Of a stretch of DNA of 64,000 nt, positions 28,802-40,126 are shown one piece after another. This DNA comes from Verrucomicrobiota bacterium. Lineage in GTDB: Bacteria; Verrucomicrobiota; Verrucomicrobiia; Limisphaerales; CANJXF01. The DNA lies in the NCBI GenBank assembly GCA_038214755.1, contig JBBQRQ010000001.1, positions 1 to 64,000 on the forward strand. Direction: 5' to 3'. The translations under genes were made by a program, and so were the position numbers. Positions within the stretch are counted from its first letter, which is position 1. The number at the start of each line of letters is the position of its first letter. A model generated the notes under the pieces. The model did not search any database. It worked only from the letters and a program-made list of their open reading frames with translations, and had not been told where the DNA came from.

Positions 28802-31102
28802 TTATTTTCGCAAACGGAAAAATTGATTTCCGCTCGAAGCGCCGACGCTGACGGTATTGTTGGTTCCGTTAATGACCACGGAATTTGTCACCGGCGACCA
28901 ACTGATGGGAGAATTCAGACTGCCCGTGCCTTCAAGATTGAATCCGGTCGCGCTCGTCGGCCACGAAAGCACCGCCGCATTATTACTCAAAGCCACCGTC
29001 AATCTGGGCAAGGCCACAGCGGCAGGCGGAGTCACATCCGACCAGGCCAGGCCGACGCGAATTTCATCGGCATAAGACTTACTCGGACCGTTGGACGAGC
29101 GTAAAGCAAACCCGACGATGGGCGGAAAGTCCGTCGCACCCACTCCAATATCCCCGACCGTAGGCGACGGCGCGTTGGTCGCCCCAAAGGTCGATGGATT
29201 AGGGTCGAGCCAAAGAGCGCAGGTATCATCGGTTGTTCCATCGCTGTAAGTGTACCGGCCTACCACAAAAACGGTGTTGGACAGCGATAAAACATTCGTC
29301 GCATAACCGCCGTTTGATTCTGCGCCCCCTTTGAAAACTCCAAGATTGTAACCGGGAACGCCCGTCGCGTTGGTATGGACATTGATTTTTGTCGTGTAGC
29401 TCGCGGTGGTGAAATTCTCCACAAAGGCTGCGATGGTTACACCCGCCACACCCGCATTCAAACTGCCCAAGTTGTCGATGCGGTACGCAAACGAAAAATA
29501 AATCGAGCCGCTCAGCGTGGTTGCATTCGTCAAACGGATACTCGCCGCCGGAATTAAAGGCCAGGTAATCCGATTGGATTGAGAAGCCGCCAAACCTGGC
29601 ACGTCAAGATTTCCAACCTCCGACACGAAAGTGATCCCTTGATTTGGGGGAGAAGACCAATTGCCTTGTCCGGCGATGAAAGAACCAGCGGCGTAAGGAA
29701 TCGGATCATAATTTAAGAGCGAATTGGGCGGTGTCGCGACGACGGTCAAAGTCGCCACCGAACTTGTTACACTGCCCAGAGAATTGCTGGCGATGATGCT
29801 GTAACCGCCGGCGTTGTTGGTTTGCACATTCGTCAAAGTCAAACTGATATTAGTAGCATTGGTAACGGGCGTGCCGGCAAATAACCATTGGTATGAAATC
29901 GGCAACGTGCTGTCGGCCCCGGAAGTCAATATTGGTGAAGCTCCCACCACTACCAATTGATTGGCCGGATTTAAGAAAAAGGCTGGAGACAACGAGTTGG
30001 ACGCTACACTGGCAAATGTAAACGCCATGATTCCATTATCGCTATCCAGCGCGTAGAGCACGCCATTCGTTCCCAAGGCAAGCGAGCCGCTAAAAGCGTT
30101 GTTGTTGTTGGCAGTAACAAAACTTTTGCGATCCAACAGAACGGGCGAATTCGAGTTTGAAATATCATACAACCTCACGGAATCCGCTCCTGAAACCATC
30201 GTGATTCCCGCCAGCAAATTGCTGGAGGGCACTACCAAAATAGGAGAAATGGTTCCCGGAAAAGTTGGCGAAGGAAAATTGGTCAGAGTCGTAGCGGTTC
30301 CGGCTAGTGCGTCAAATTGCAGGTGGAGCAAAGGGCCATTGTTGAACGCGCCCGATGTACTCCAAAATGTGTCTCCTGCCCCAAAACTCAAACCAATGGA
30401 AAAACCGCCGACAGGCGCGTCGGTGGTCAAGGTTCTGATGGAGAAAGCAGTCAAGCTGCTGTCAGTAGGTGTGAGAAGAGCTACGAGCGTTCCGCGATTG
30501 GCGATCAAAATTTGAGTGGTCATTCCCGAACCGCGGACCGCCATCGTATCGCCCCAACGCTTTTGCGAGGAGTTTGTGTTGCCGTTGCTGGGATCATCGT
30601 TTGGAGACGAGGCGGTGGGCAACACGCGTGTCAGTGAACTTGTTTCACTCGCCCAACGATAGAGACGGTATTGTGGAATCGTTGTGCTACTGGTAGCGCT
30701 GCTGAGGTTTCCTGCGTAGATCGACCCGTCCTCAGCCACGCCAACCAGGTTAAAAATAAAAGCAGTGTTTCCCCCAGTGGACAAAATATCGCCACTGCTT
30801 GTATCCAAAGCGCCGAGATGGGTGCCGGTGTTTCCGTCGATGATGTTAACCGCGTAGTTTATTCCTCCGTTGGTGGAACGGTCAACCACGAGCAGATGTC
30901 CGGTAGTCGCATTGTAAGCCATGCCTCGCTGCAACTGTCCCGTCGCGCTTAAGTCCGGAGTCAAATCCCCAGGTCGAACGCTACCATCTCCGTGAGAACC
31001 AAAAGTTGTCAACGGCTGCAGGGTGATCACATCACCGTAAGCCGCGATGGAAAACAGCGTAAATAGAACAGGGATAATTATAGAGAGTGCAATTTTTTTC
31101 AT
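28802..31102 (-). CDS. Secreted Ser/Thr/Asn-rich protein with propeller-like region, Ig domain and Verrucomicrobia-type C-terminal beta domain
   Basis: Signal peptide; Ig motif PISYQW..GGYSIIASN..SVTSSVATLTV; C-terminus LSWP..FNLE..FFRLRK. Confidence 0.8.
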   Translation of the reverse strand: MKKIALSIIIPVLFTLFSIAAYGDVITLQPLTTFGSHGDGSVRPGDLTPDLSATGQLQRGMAYNATTGHLLVVDRSTNGGINYAVNIIDGNTGTHLGALDTSSGDILSTGGNTAFIFNLVGVAEDGSIYAGNLSSATSSTTIPQYRLYRWASETSSLTRVLPTASSPNDDPSNGNTNSSQKRWGDTMAVRGSGMTTQILIANRGTLVALLTPTDSSLTAFSIRTLTTDAPVGGFSIGLSFGAGDTFWSTSGAFNNGPLLHLQFDALAGTATTLTNFPSPTFPGTISPILVVPSSNLLAGITMVSGADSVRLYDISNSNSPVLLDRKSFVTANNNNAFSGSLALGTNGVLYALDSDNGIMAFTFASVASNSLSPAFFLNPANQLVVVGASPILTSGADSTLPISYQWLFAGTPVTNATNISLTLTNVQTNNAGGYSIIASNSLGSVTSSVATLTVVATPPNSLLNYDPIPYAAGSFIAGQGNWSSPPNQGITFVSEVGNLDVPGLAASQSNRITWPLIPAASIRLTNATTLSGSIYFSFAYRIDNLGSLNAGVAGVTIAAFVENFTTASYTTKINVHTNATGVPGYNLGVFKGGAESNGGYATNVLSLSNTVFVVGRYTYSDGTTDDTCALWLDPNPSTFGATNAPSPTVGDIGVGATDFPPIVGFALRSSNGPSKSYADEIRVGLAWSDVTPPAAVALPRLTVALSNNAAVLSWPTSATGFNLEGTGSLNSPISWSPVTNSVVINGTNNTVSVGASSGNQFFRLRK

Positions 31103-31169
31103 AAGTGGTGATTGGTAGAATGGTATCAAATCAAATTTCAAGTGTCTTCTCGCGTTTGGGAAACTTTGG

Positions 31170-32045
<876 letters not shown>

Positions 32046-32247
32046 GTTTAACGTTTAACCGAAGGGAACAAGCAGTGCGATTCAATTAATTTACTACTGG
32101 AATTCTCCCATGAACACGTCGGTCGCCGAGGGGAAACTGTCCGCGCATTAATGAAAGATTTCATGGATGAGAAGTATGTAACATCCCTCCCGGTTTTTTT
32201 CCAACTATTTTCCTCCGCGCGAGGTAATCCTGGGTTGATTCATATTA

Positions 32248-32406
32248 GGTGAGGCTGGTTTGGGTTTCCTTTTGACGGCGGCGGCGTGACGCCGCTTTTC
32301 CTGCACGTTACGCGATGGAGAAAGTGCATCAAATGAACCTTCCTGGCTTTTCCACCGTGCAGCCAAAGTGGGGACGTGTTCCCCAGTCCAAAACAAGATC
32401 GGTTCC
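32248..32406. repeat. Dispersed ~160-bp repeat, copy 2
   Basis: Aligns with 86-247. Confidence 0.85.
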
Positions 32407-32491
32407 CGTCTCCACAGTTTTTAATCACGCTCGGTAATCCGGCGGGATTCGCGATTGGCAATCCCAACTCAATCGCTCTAGCTTTGGAACG

Positions 32492-33343
32492 ATGGCGCTG
32501 CAAAAATTGACTTTAGGACATTCGCCCGACCCCGACGATGCGTTCATGTTTTATGGTCTGGCGAAGAATTTAATTCCTACCCACGGTTTTTCTTTCGAAC
32601 ATATTTTGCAGGACATTCAAACTCTCAACGAACGCGCCACTCGCGGCGAACTGGATATTTCCGCGATCAGCATTCACGCCTACGCCTACGTCAGCGGCCA
32701 GTATGCGCTGCTGCCGAGCGGCGCGAGCATGGGCGATGGCTATGGCCCAATGCTGGTCGCGAAAAATAAATTTACCCGCGAAGAAATCGCGAAAAAGAAA
32801 ATCGCCATTCCTGGAAAAATGACGAGCGCGTTTCTGGCGATGCAACTTTGGCTGGAAAAATCCGCTGACCAAAAAAATTTAATTGTCGTTCCGTTCGATC
32901 AGATTTTTTCCGTCGTGCGTTCGGGCATGGCCGATGCCGGACTCATTATTCACGAAGGACAATTGACTTATCAAAATGAAGGTTTGGTGGTTTGCCAGGA
33001 CCTCGGAAAATGGTGGGGGGAAGAAAATGACGGATTGCCATTGCCGCTCGGCGGGAATGTGATTCACAAACGCTTTGAGGAAAAAACGCGCAAAATCATT
33101 TCCGACATTTTGACGGCGAGCATTCAATTCGGTCTCGATCATCGCGCTGATGCCGTGCAACACGCGTTGCAATTTGCCCGCGACATGGGACGCGACCTCG
33201 CGGACAAATTCGTCGGGATGTATGTCAATCATTGGACACTCGACTACGGAGAGCGTGGCAGAAAATCTATACGCCTGTTCCTCGACAAAGCTTACGAGCA
33301 AGGATTGATTCCGCACCGCCAGGAATTGGAATTTGTCGTCTGA
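32492..33343 (+). CDS. mqnD: MqnA/MqnD family menaquinone (futalosine pathway) protein, MqnD-like
   Basis: GHSPDPDDAFMF, IIHEGQLTY, LPLPLG, MYVN. Confidence 0.8.
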   Translation: MALQKLTLGHSPDPDDAFMFYGLAKNLIPTHGFSFEHILQDIQTLNERATRGELDISAISIHAYAYVSGQYALLPSGASMGDGYGPMLVAKNKFTREEIAKKKIAIPGKMTSAFLAMQLWLEKSADQKNLIVVPFDQIFSVVRSGMADAGLIIHEGQLTYQNEGLVVCQDLGKWWGEENDGLPLPLGGNVIHKRFEEKTRKIISDILTASIQFGLDHRADAVQHALQFARDMGRDLADKFVGMYVNHWTLDYGERGRKSIRLFLDKAYEQGLIPHRQELEFVV

Positions 33344-33389
33344 GGAAAAATAAATCTCTTCGTTTTAAACCCGGATTTGCGTTGGAGCC

Positions 33390-33498
33390 GTAGCGCAGCT
33401 TTGCAAGCTGCTGTATCGCCGGTTTGCAACCGGCAGGGCGCTGGCGAAACCCAGCAGGTTGCAAACCTGCGATACGGCAGGTTAAAAACCTGCGCTAC
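33390..33498. repeat. REP-like palindrome between convergent genes
   Basis: gtagcgcag ... ctgcgctac; family of 437-569. Confidence 0.8.
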
Positions 33499-34706
33499 GA
33501 CTTTTTCAAACCCAAATCTTTTTCGTAAGCGCCAAGTTTTACATCGGAAGTGATTTCATTTCGCTTGGCTTGGAGGCGCAGGTATTCCGTTCGCAGATTC
33601 GCTTGGTCGGCGTAGGCCGCGTTTGGGAAAAGATCGGGAATGCGCTGAATCGTTGCTCGCGCGGCGGAAACATCGTTGCCAATTTTAATCTGCAAATCAG
33701 CGAGCAAATTCAACCAGCGCACCACTTGTTTGGCCGGATGGTTTGGCTGTGAAACCAATTGCTCAATTTCATCGGCGGCCAGATCGAGCCGTTGATAATC
33801 ATTCGCGTAAATCAGCGCCAAGGTTTCGCGCGCTTCGGTATCGAGCGGATGTTGCTCCAATTTCTTAAGGCACTCTGCGGCGCGGGTGGCTGCATCCGCC
33901 AGCAAAGGGGCCGCGCTCGGGGATGGGTTTTGCAAACTCGCGTATGGATCAAAATGCTTTAACGCCATTCTTGGTCGCTCGTGAGTGGCGAGCAGTGAGT
34001 CCACCGAGCCGAGATGCGCAATGCGTTGCGACGCCATTTGCGAATATGACGAATCGGGAAAGCGCTCGATAATTTTTTCCAAAGTCGCGCGCGCAGACTC
34101 GGGGTCTTGCGCCAGTTTCATGTGCCAGTCGGCCAGCGCGTGGAGCGCGCCGGAGATTTGCGCGGGACTGTGTCCGGGTTGATCGACAATTTTCTGGATG
34201 ATGATTCCGGCGCTTTGCAAGTCCTGCAAATGTTCGGCGTTGATCTCCGCCAGCAACATCTGGCCGTGAAAATCGTTGGGAAATTTTTCCAATTCTTTGC
34301 GAACCTCGTCGATAGCTTCGCGGAATTGATTTCGTTGGCGAAGTTTCTCGGCCCTGGAATAAAACGGACGCGCTTCCACCTCTTGCTTGCCGCCATCGAA
34401 AATCCCAACAAAAGGATTTGTGATCATCTCGGCGATGCTGCGGCGCCAAAGAATTGCCAGCACTATCCCACAGACCGCCGCCAGAGGAACTCCGCCAAAG
34501 GCCGCTCCGTAACCGCCTTGCGCCACCATGGGAAACACCACGCGCAACATGAAAAATACGACGCCGATGGTGAGTATCCATTTGACGATCAATTTCAGCG
34601 GATCGCCGCTATCTTTGAAGGCGCGGTAGAAAGTCCAACCGATTCCAAACAGAACCAAGGCTAGAACAATCAGGTCGAACACCAGTCTCCAACCGGTCGG
34701 GTGCAT
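33495..34706 (-). CDS. Membrane-anchored TPR-repeat protein
   Basis: Three N-terminal hydrophobic helices, then helical repeats (IIERFPDS). Confidence 0.8.
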   Translation of the reverse strand: MHPTGWRLVFDLIVLALVLFGIGWTFYRAFKDSGDPLKLIVKWILTIGVVFFMLRVVFPMVAQGGYGAAFGGVPLAAVCGIVLAILWRRSIAEMITNPFVGIFDGGKQEVEARPFYSRAEKLRQRNQFREAIDEVRKELEKFPNDFHGQMLLAEINAEHLQDLQSAGIIIQKIVDQPGHSPAQISGALHALADWHMKLAQDPESARATLEKIIERFPDSSYSQMASQRIAHLGSVDSLLATHERPRMALKHFDPYASLQNPSPSAAPLLADAATRAAECLKKLEQHPLDTEARETLALIYANDYQRLDLAADEIEQLVSQPNHPAKQVVRWLNLLADLQIKIGNDVSAARATIQRIPDLFPNAAYADQANLRTEYLRLQAKRNEITSDVKLGAYEKDLGLKKS

Positions 34707-34758
34707 AAGCCAATTTCAACACTTGACCGCTTTATTTCAAAGATTTAATTTCCGCGCC

Positions 34759-34839
34759 ATGAATTTAATCGCGCTGCAAATTGTCGTTGTCCGGAGCGTC
34801 GTCGTAGGAGACGACGCCGCTGGGTCTTGTCGCGCGTAA
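34759..34839 (+). CDS. ilvB leader peptide (26 aa, Ile/Leu/Val-rich)
   Basis: MNLIALQIVVVRSVVVGDDAAGSCRA*; 10 of the first 16 codons are Ile/Leu/Val. Confidence 0.8.
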   Translation: MNLIALQIVVVRSVVVGDDAAGSCRA

Positions 34840-34852
34840 GGCAACTTTCGAC

Positions 34853-34890
34853 AAAAACCCACGGCTGGAAACGGTCGTGGGTTTTTTATT
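34853..34890 (+). terminator. Attenuator terminator upstream of ilvB
   Basis: cccacggctg-GAAA-cggtcgtggg hairpin followed by tttttt. Confidence 0.85.
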
Positions 34891-34935
34891 AACCTCAACT
34901 GCCGGCGTTCACCAGAGACGCCGCTACAAAAAAGT

Positions 34936-36789
34936 ATGAGCACCATAACGAAATCGAAAAAGAAAAGTGAACGCGCCGAAATCGGTCAGACGATGAAAGG
35001 TTGCGACATTCTCGTCGAGGCGTTGGAACGCGAAGGTGTGGAAACGATCTTTGCCTATCCCGGCGGCGCGAGCATGGAACTTCATCAATCGCTCACGCGC
35101 TCGAAAATTCGCACCATTCTCCCGCGCCACGAACAGGGCGGTTCGTTCGCAGCGGAAGGTTACGCGCGCGCCAGTGGCAAAGCAGGCGTCTGCATGGCGA
35201 CGAGCGGGCCGGGCGCGACGAATTTAATCAGCGCGATCGCCGATGCTTACATGGATTCCATTCCGCTGGTTTCGATCACCGGCCAGGTTCCGCAAGCGAT
35301 GATTGGCAAAGGCGCATTTCAGGAAACGGATTTTTTTGGAATGACTCTCCCGATTGTCAAACACAGCTATCTCATCACGAACATCGCGGACATTCCGCGC
35401 ATCGTGAAGGAAGCGTTTTATATCGCGGCCACAGGACGACCCGGCCCGGTGATTATTGATTTTCCGAAAAATATTCAGCAACAGAAAGCGCAGCCGATCT
35501 GGCCGAAGGAAATTAATTTGCGCGGCTACAATCCCAATAAACGCGCGGATGATTTGGTGTTGAACGAAATCATCGGCTTGATCGAAAAAGCGGAGCGGCC
35601 AGTTCTTTATTGCGGCGGCGGAGTCATCAGCGGCAACGCGAGCGAGGAGCTTCGCCAATTCGCGGAGGCCACGCAGATTCCGGTGACGACGACCATCATG
35701 GGTTGCGGCGCATTTCCCGAAACGCATCCTCTTTCGTTGCGCTGGCTCGGCATGCACGGAACGGCTTACGCGAACTGGGCGGTGAGCGGTGAATTCGGGG
35801 CGCGCAAAACGCCCGATGAAATTCCTGCGAAAATCAAAGAAGGCGCGGATTTGCTTCTAGCATTCGGCGTTCGCTTCGATGACCGCGTGACGGGCAAAGT
35901 GGAAAAATTTTGCGAGACCGGAACGATCGTTCATCTCGACATCGATCAATCCGAGCACAACAAAAATCGCAAAGTGCAATTGCCGATTGAGAGCGACATC
36001 AAATATGCGCTCACTCGTTTGAACGGCATGATCAAACAGCGCCCGATTCGGAAAAAGTTTTCCGCGTGGCACAAACAAATTGCCGAATGGAAAAGCAAAG
36101 GGCCGCTACGCTACGGCGTGACCGAAGAAGTGATTCGCTCCGAGCACATGCGCGATCATCTTCACGGCAAGGAGAGCGAAGTGATTTTGCCGCAATACGC
36201 GATCGAGTTGCTCTACGAATTGACCAAAGGCGATGCGATCATCACGACCGGCGTCGGCCAGCATCAGATGTGGGCAGGGCAATGGTACAAATATAAATTC
36301 CCACGCCAATTTCTGACGAGCGCTGGACTGGGCGCGATGGGTTACGGCTATCCGGCCGCGCTCGGGGCGAAAGTGGCGTGCCCCGACAAGCAAGTGATTG
36401 ACATCGACGGCGACGGTTCCTTCGTGATGAACGTGCAGGAGCTTGCGACAGCGCACATCGAGAAAATCGCCGCGAAAGCCATGATTCTAAACAACCAGCA
36501 CCTCGGCATGGTCGTGCAATGGGAAGACAATTTTTACGCAGGCAATCGCGGCCACACTTATTTGGGCGATCCGGAAAATCGGCAAAAAATTTATCCGGAC
36601 TACGTGATGATGGCGAAAAGTTTCAACGTTCCTGCTGAGCGTGTGATGTTCAAAAAAGATCTACGCGCGGCGCTGCAACGAATGCTGGATTCCGATCAAC
36701 CTTATTTGCTCGATGTCATCACGCCTTATACCGAACACGTGTTGCCATTTATCAAAGCGGGCGGGACGGTCGCCGACATGATTTATTAG
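34936..36789 (+). CDS. ilvB: Acetolactate synthase large subunit
   Basis: [42 protein letters not shown] motif. Confidence 0.96.
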   Translation: MSTITKSKKKSERAEIGQTMKGCDILVEALEREGVETIFAYPGGASMELHQSLTRSKIRTILPRHEQGGSFAAEGYARASGKAGVCMATSGPGATNLISAIADAYMDSIPLVSITGQVPQAMIGKGAFQETDFFGMTLPIVKHSYLITNIADIPRIVKEAFYIAATGRPGPVIIDFPKNIQQQKAQPIWPKEINLRGYNPNKRADDLVLNEIIGLIEKAERPVLYCGGGVISGNASEELRQFAEATQIPVTTTIMGCGAFPETHPLSLRWLGMHGTAYANWAVSGEFGARKTPDEIPAKIKEGADLLLAFGVRFDDRVTGKVEKFCETGTIVHLDIDQSEHNKNRKVQLPIESDIKYALTRLNGMIKQRPIRKKFSAWHKQIAEWKSKGPLRYGVTEEVIRSEHMRDHLHGKESEVILPQYAIELLYELTKGDAIITTGVGQHQMWAGQWYKYKFPRQFLTSAGLGAMGYGYPAALGAKVACPDKQVIDIDGDGSFVMNVQELATAHIEKIAAKAMILNNQHLGMVVQWEDNFYAGNRGHTYLGDPENRQKIYPDYVMMAKSFNVPAERVMFKKDLRAALQRMLDSDQPYLLDVITPYTEHVLPFIKAGGTVADMIY

Positions 36790-37076
36790 AAGAAGCGCAA
36801 GGTATTTGTTAAGGTCGGCGCAGGAACGGTTTGGATAAATTCATTCGCCCAACCCATATTGTCGGGGAAAGAAGCGCGAGAGTTTCGTGAGTTCCTGATT
36901 TGTAGAAGACTTTTGTCAGGGGACAAAACCAGGGGGAACTTCACCGCATTTTTTTTGCACTGACTACTTTCTTTGCGACCTCTGCGTTTATCTCCGGAAA
37001 CCCCGGTTGAAGAACCTCAAAGAAACTATTTCTATTTGCGCAACAAACTTCGTTCGCCTAAATTCGGCGCTCCATC

Positions 37077-37153
37077 GCGCGTGTAGCTCAATTGGATAGA
37101 GTGGCGCCCTCCGAAGGCGAAGGTTGTGGGTTCAACTCCCGCCACGCGCACCA
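37077..37153 (+). tRNA. tRNA-Arg (anticodon CCG)
   Basis: Acceptor stem GCGCGTG/CACGCGC, D-arm TAGCTCAATTGGATAGAG, loop CT-CCG-AA, GGTTCAACTCC T-arm, encoded CCA. Confidence 0.95.
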
Positions 37154-37193
37154 CTTCGTTTATTCGGGTAATTCCACGTTTTTTTTATTTGCT

Positions 37194-37290
37194 CCAAACC
37201 GCCGGAAGATGTTTTGAAATTGGATGCGGATTAAGATGGGAAACGGCGGCGATCACGCGGGGATGCGCTCAGGTATTTGGTGGCGATCAA
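37194..37290 (+). pseudogene. Probable phage terminase large-subunit C-terminal relic
   Basis: Across frameshifts and a stop: PNR/PEDVLKLDAD*DG/NGGDHAGDALRYLVA (D-H-x-x-DALRY motif). Confidence 0.5.
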
Positions 37291-37330
37291 TCGCAAAGAT
37301 GAAAACCGAAACCGAGCAGGGGCGCAGGCC

Positions 37331-38227
37331 TTACGGTTGGCCTGTCGCTCCCAGGAATAATTGTTTGGTGTCAGGACGAGTGAATGGATCGCGGAAGAAC
37401 TTTTCCACCGTCTGGTTGAACATCCCTGGATCCTCCCATGGGATCATGTGGGTCGCTCCCGGAAAAATGCAGAGATGCGCCTTCGGGAGCGCCTGAAATA
37501 TCTGTAAGGTGTGCTCTTCGCGAATCACGTCTTTGTCCGCCGCCATGACGAGCGTTGGCCCTGACAGACGCTTCAGTTTCTTGATCGAAATATTCGGCTG
37601 CTTGCCCAGAAGATTTAGATGCTGTTTTTGGATCGACCACGGCTGAGATTTGTCACCCTTGGCGATCATCGCGTCCACGCTTTTCTCCTGCTGCGAAACC
37701 CAGTCAAGCGCCCAATCATATGCCCCGTGCGGGTTAAGATTCGCACCCATGATGGCGAGCTTGGCCACCTTATCCGGATGGTTTATGGCCAGGAGGAGAC
37801 CCACGATTCCGCCATCGCTCCAGCCCATGACATACACCTGCTTTAAACTCAACTTGTCGAGTAAAGCATTGGCGTCTTCCGACATTTGTTCGTAGGTCAG
37901 GCGTCCTCGTCCCATCTCGCTCTGGCCGTGACCACGGCTGTCAGGCGCGATCACGCGGTAGTGTGCGGAGAAGAACTTGAGTTGATGACCCAACGAAGAG
38001 ATGCCCTGGCCGTTACCGTGGAGCAACAACATCGGCAGCCCTTCCCCGTAAGTCTCGAAATAGACCTTGATGCCGTTCACCTCTTGCCATCGTCCCGCCG
38101 ACTCGTTATGTCCATACGGAATCTCCAGCTTGGGTGCTGTGAATGACTCAGCGCGGGCCGATGGCCCCGAAAAAATGCCGAGGCTAAGCAGGGTCAGGAG
38201 GGCTGAAAGGGGATTTTTCATCTTCAA
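37331..38227 (-). CDS. Secreted alpha/beta hydrolase
   Basis: LLHGNG, DSRGHG, GWSDGG nucleophile elbow; signal peptide. Confidence 0.9.
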   Translation of the reverse strand: MKMKNPLSALLTLLSLGIFSGPSARAESFTAPKLEIPYGHNESAGRWQEVNGIKVYFETYGEGLPMLLLHGNGQGISSLGHQLKFFSAHYRVIAPDSRGHGQSEMGRGRLTYEQMSEDANALLDKLSLKQVYVMGWSDGGIVGLLLAINHPDKVAKLAIMGANLNPHGAYDWALDWVSQQEKSVDAMIAKGDKSQPWSIQKQHLNLLGKQPNISIKKLKRLSGPTLVMAADKDVIREEHTLQIFQALPKAHLCIFPGATHMIPWEDPGMFNQTVEKFFRDPFTRPDTKQLFLGATGQP

Positions 38228-38399
38228 TTCGCTTTCATCTTAGGATTTCGTCGGACGTGGCAGCGACCGTTCAAGCTCGACCCGGAATCAGGTTCTGACG
38301 CCTGCCGTGTCCTACGTTTCGAGGCTGTGCTGCACGAAAATAGTTGTCGAGGATAATTCCTTGTTGAACCGCGCACCCAAAAATTTAATTGTTCTCGAT

Positions 38400-38427
38400 T
38401 GTAACCTTCCTGCCGCGACACTCGTAT
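38400..38427 (+). promoter_or_regulatory. Putative ECF-sigma promoter
   Basis: tGTAACc...CGTA, with AAC and CGT 17 nt apart, upstream of an operon encoding an ECF sigma. Confidence 0.5.
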
Positions 38428-38477
38428 CCATCAGTGAGGGCCGTTGTTCGCACTCGTGAAATAAAATGGATTAAATT

Positions 38478-39419
38478 ATGAAATCAAAATTCCTTCGGTC
38501 AATTCTCTCCGGCGTTCTTCTCGCTACCGTTGCGGCTTCGGCTGGTTCGCTCCAGCGTAACTCCGTCCCGGCAAATTCTGTTTGGGTCTTGCACGCCGAT
38601 TGTGATGGGTTGCGCCAAACGGCGGTGGGTCGTTACCTTCTCACTGAGTTGGAAAAACCGGATGCGCAAAAAAAGTTCGCGGCCTTTCAAACCATTTTTA
38701 GTTTCGATCCGCGTCAAGCGCTTCACGGGTTGACGCTCTATGGCATTTCACAAAAACCGGAAGATGGCGTCTTGTTGGTCAATGCCGACTTCGATGCGGC
38801 ACGGCTGACAACTTTGGCTGAAGGCGCGAAAGCCCACCAATCCACCGAGCACGGCAAATACACAATTCACAGTTGGATTGATGAAAAAAAACCGGCCAGG
38901 AACGGAACGAAGCCGCGAACCTACGCCGCCATTCACGGCGCAACGGTAATTTTCGGACAGAAAGAGGAACGCGTCGCGGACGCGCTGGATGTGCTGGCTG
39001 GAATCAAGACAAGTCTCGTCGCCGGAAAAGATTTTCCGAATCTCGGCGCAGCGGGAGGGAAAAGTTTTATCCAGGGTGCGGCGCGCAAAATTGAATTGCC
39101 AGAGTCTGACCCAAATGCCGCAGTGTTGAAACAATCGAAGTCTCTCGCGCTGGACGTCGCGGAATCTGACAACCGATTTGCGGCCACGCTCAACCTGGAA
39201 GCCGACAGCGAAGACGTGGCCAAACAAGTTTCTTCCATCGCCAACGGACTCATTGGTTTGATGACGTTGAAAAAAGATAAACCGGATTCGGTCAAACTCG
39301 CGCAAGGTTTGTCCGTCGAGCAGAACGGTGTGGGTGTCACCGTGAAATTGAATATGGTCGCCGACGAAGTCATTGCGCTTTTGAAAAACGCCGCAGCGCA
39401 AAAAGTGAAAAAAGAGTGA
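38478..39419 (+). CDS. Secreted hypothetical protein
   Basis: Signal peptide; long clean ORF. Confidence 0.8.
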   Translation: MKSKFLRSILSGVLLATVAASAGSLQRNSVPANSVWVLHADCDGLRQTAVGRYLLTELEKPDAQKKFAAFQTIFSFDPRQALHGLTLYGISQKPEDGVLLVNADFDAARLTTLAEGAKAHQSTEHGKYTIHSWIDEKKPARNGTKPRTYAAIHGATVIFGQKEERVADALDVLAGIKTSLVAGKDFPNLGAAGGKSFIQGAARKIELPESDPNAAVLKQSKSLALDVAESDNRFAATLNLEADSEDVAKQVSSIANGLIGLMTLKKDKPDSVKLAQGLSVEQNGVGVTVKLNMVADEVIALLKNAAAQKVKKE

Positions 39420-39422
39420 CAT

Positions 39423-39495
39423 CGTAGCCGCCGACGTGAGGAGGCGGATTCTGGCTGGTAAACTACGACTCCGCCTCCTCGCGTCGGCGGCTACG
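39423..39495. repeat. REP-like palindrome
   Basis: Same family as 13112-13188. Confidence 0.85.
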
Positions 39496-39507
39496 GGTGA
39501 TCGATTT

Positions 39508-40104
39508 ATGATCCCAATTTCAGACGAAACACTGGCTCAACAAGCGCAGGCTGGAGACATGACGGCGTTTGAGGAATTGGTTTTTCGTTACGAAACGCGC
39601 GTCTATCGCTTTCTCGCGAATTCTTGCCGCAACCAAACCGATGCCTCCGATTTGTGTCAGGAAACTTTCGTCGCCGCGTTTCGCAATCTGAAAAAATTCG
39701 ACTCGACGAAATCTTTTTGCACCTGGCTTTTCACCATCGCTCGACGAAAGAGCATCGATCATCACCGCAGCCATCGACCTCAGCGCGGAGAAGCGCTGCC
39801 CGAAATCGCGGACACGAATGATCCGGCGAGTTTGTTCGCGCGCCAGCAAAGGGAAAAAGACCTTTGGAAATTGGCGCGCGGAATTTTACCCGGGAATCAA
39901 TTCCAAGCGCTCTGGTTGAAATACGCGGAGGATATGACCGTCCAGGAAATCGCGCGCGTCATGCAAAAGACGCTGACGCATATCAAAGTGCTGTTGTTTC
40001 GCGCGAGAAAGTCGCTTGCTCGCGAAATTGAAATGCGGGAGGCCGACGGGGCCATTGTCAAAACCGAAAAACATTTTTTGAGCCGTCAAAGTTTTCAAAC
40101 GTGA
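39508..40104 (+). CDS. ECF sigma-70 factor
   Basis: AFEELVFRY, DLCQETF, WLFTIAR, EIARVM..KVLLFRAR. Confidence 0.92.
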   Translation: MIPISDETLAQQAQAGDMTAFEELVFRYETRVYRFLANSCRNQTDASDLCQETFVAAFRNLKKFDSTKSFCTWLFTIARRKSIDHHRSHRPQRGEALPEIADTNDPASLFARQQREKDLWKLARGILPGNQFQALWLKYAEDMTVQEIARVMQKTLTHIKVLLFRARKSLAREIEMREADGAIVKTEKHFLSRQSFQT

Positions 40105-40126
40105 TTTAATTCTGTGAAAATAATTT

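Noticed and set aside
36790..37076. Possible ncRNA between ilvB and the tRNA
   Set aside because: No recognisable structure or family motif; ilvN is also not adjacent, but that alone is not evidence of a feature.
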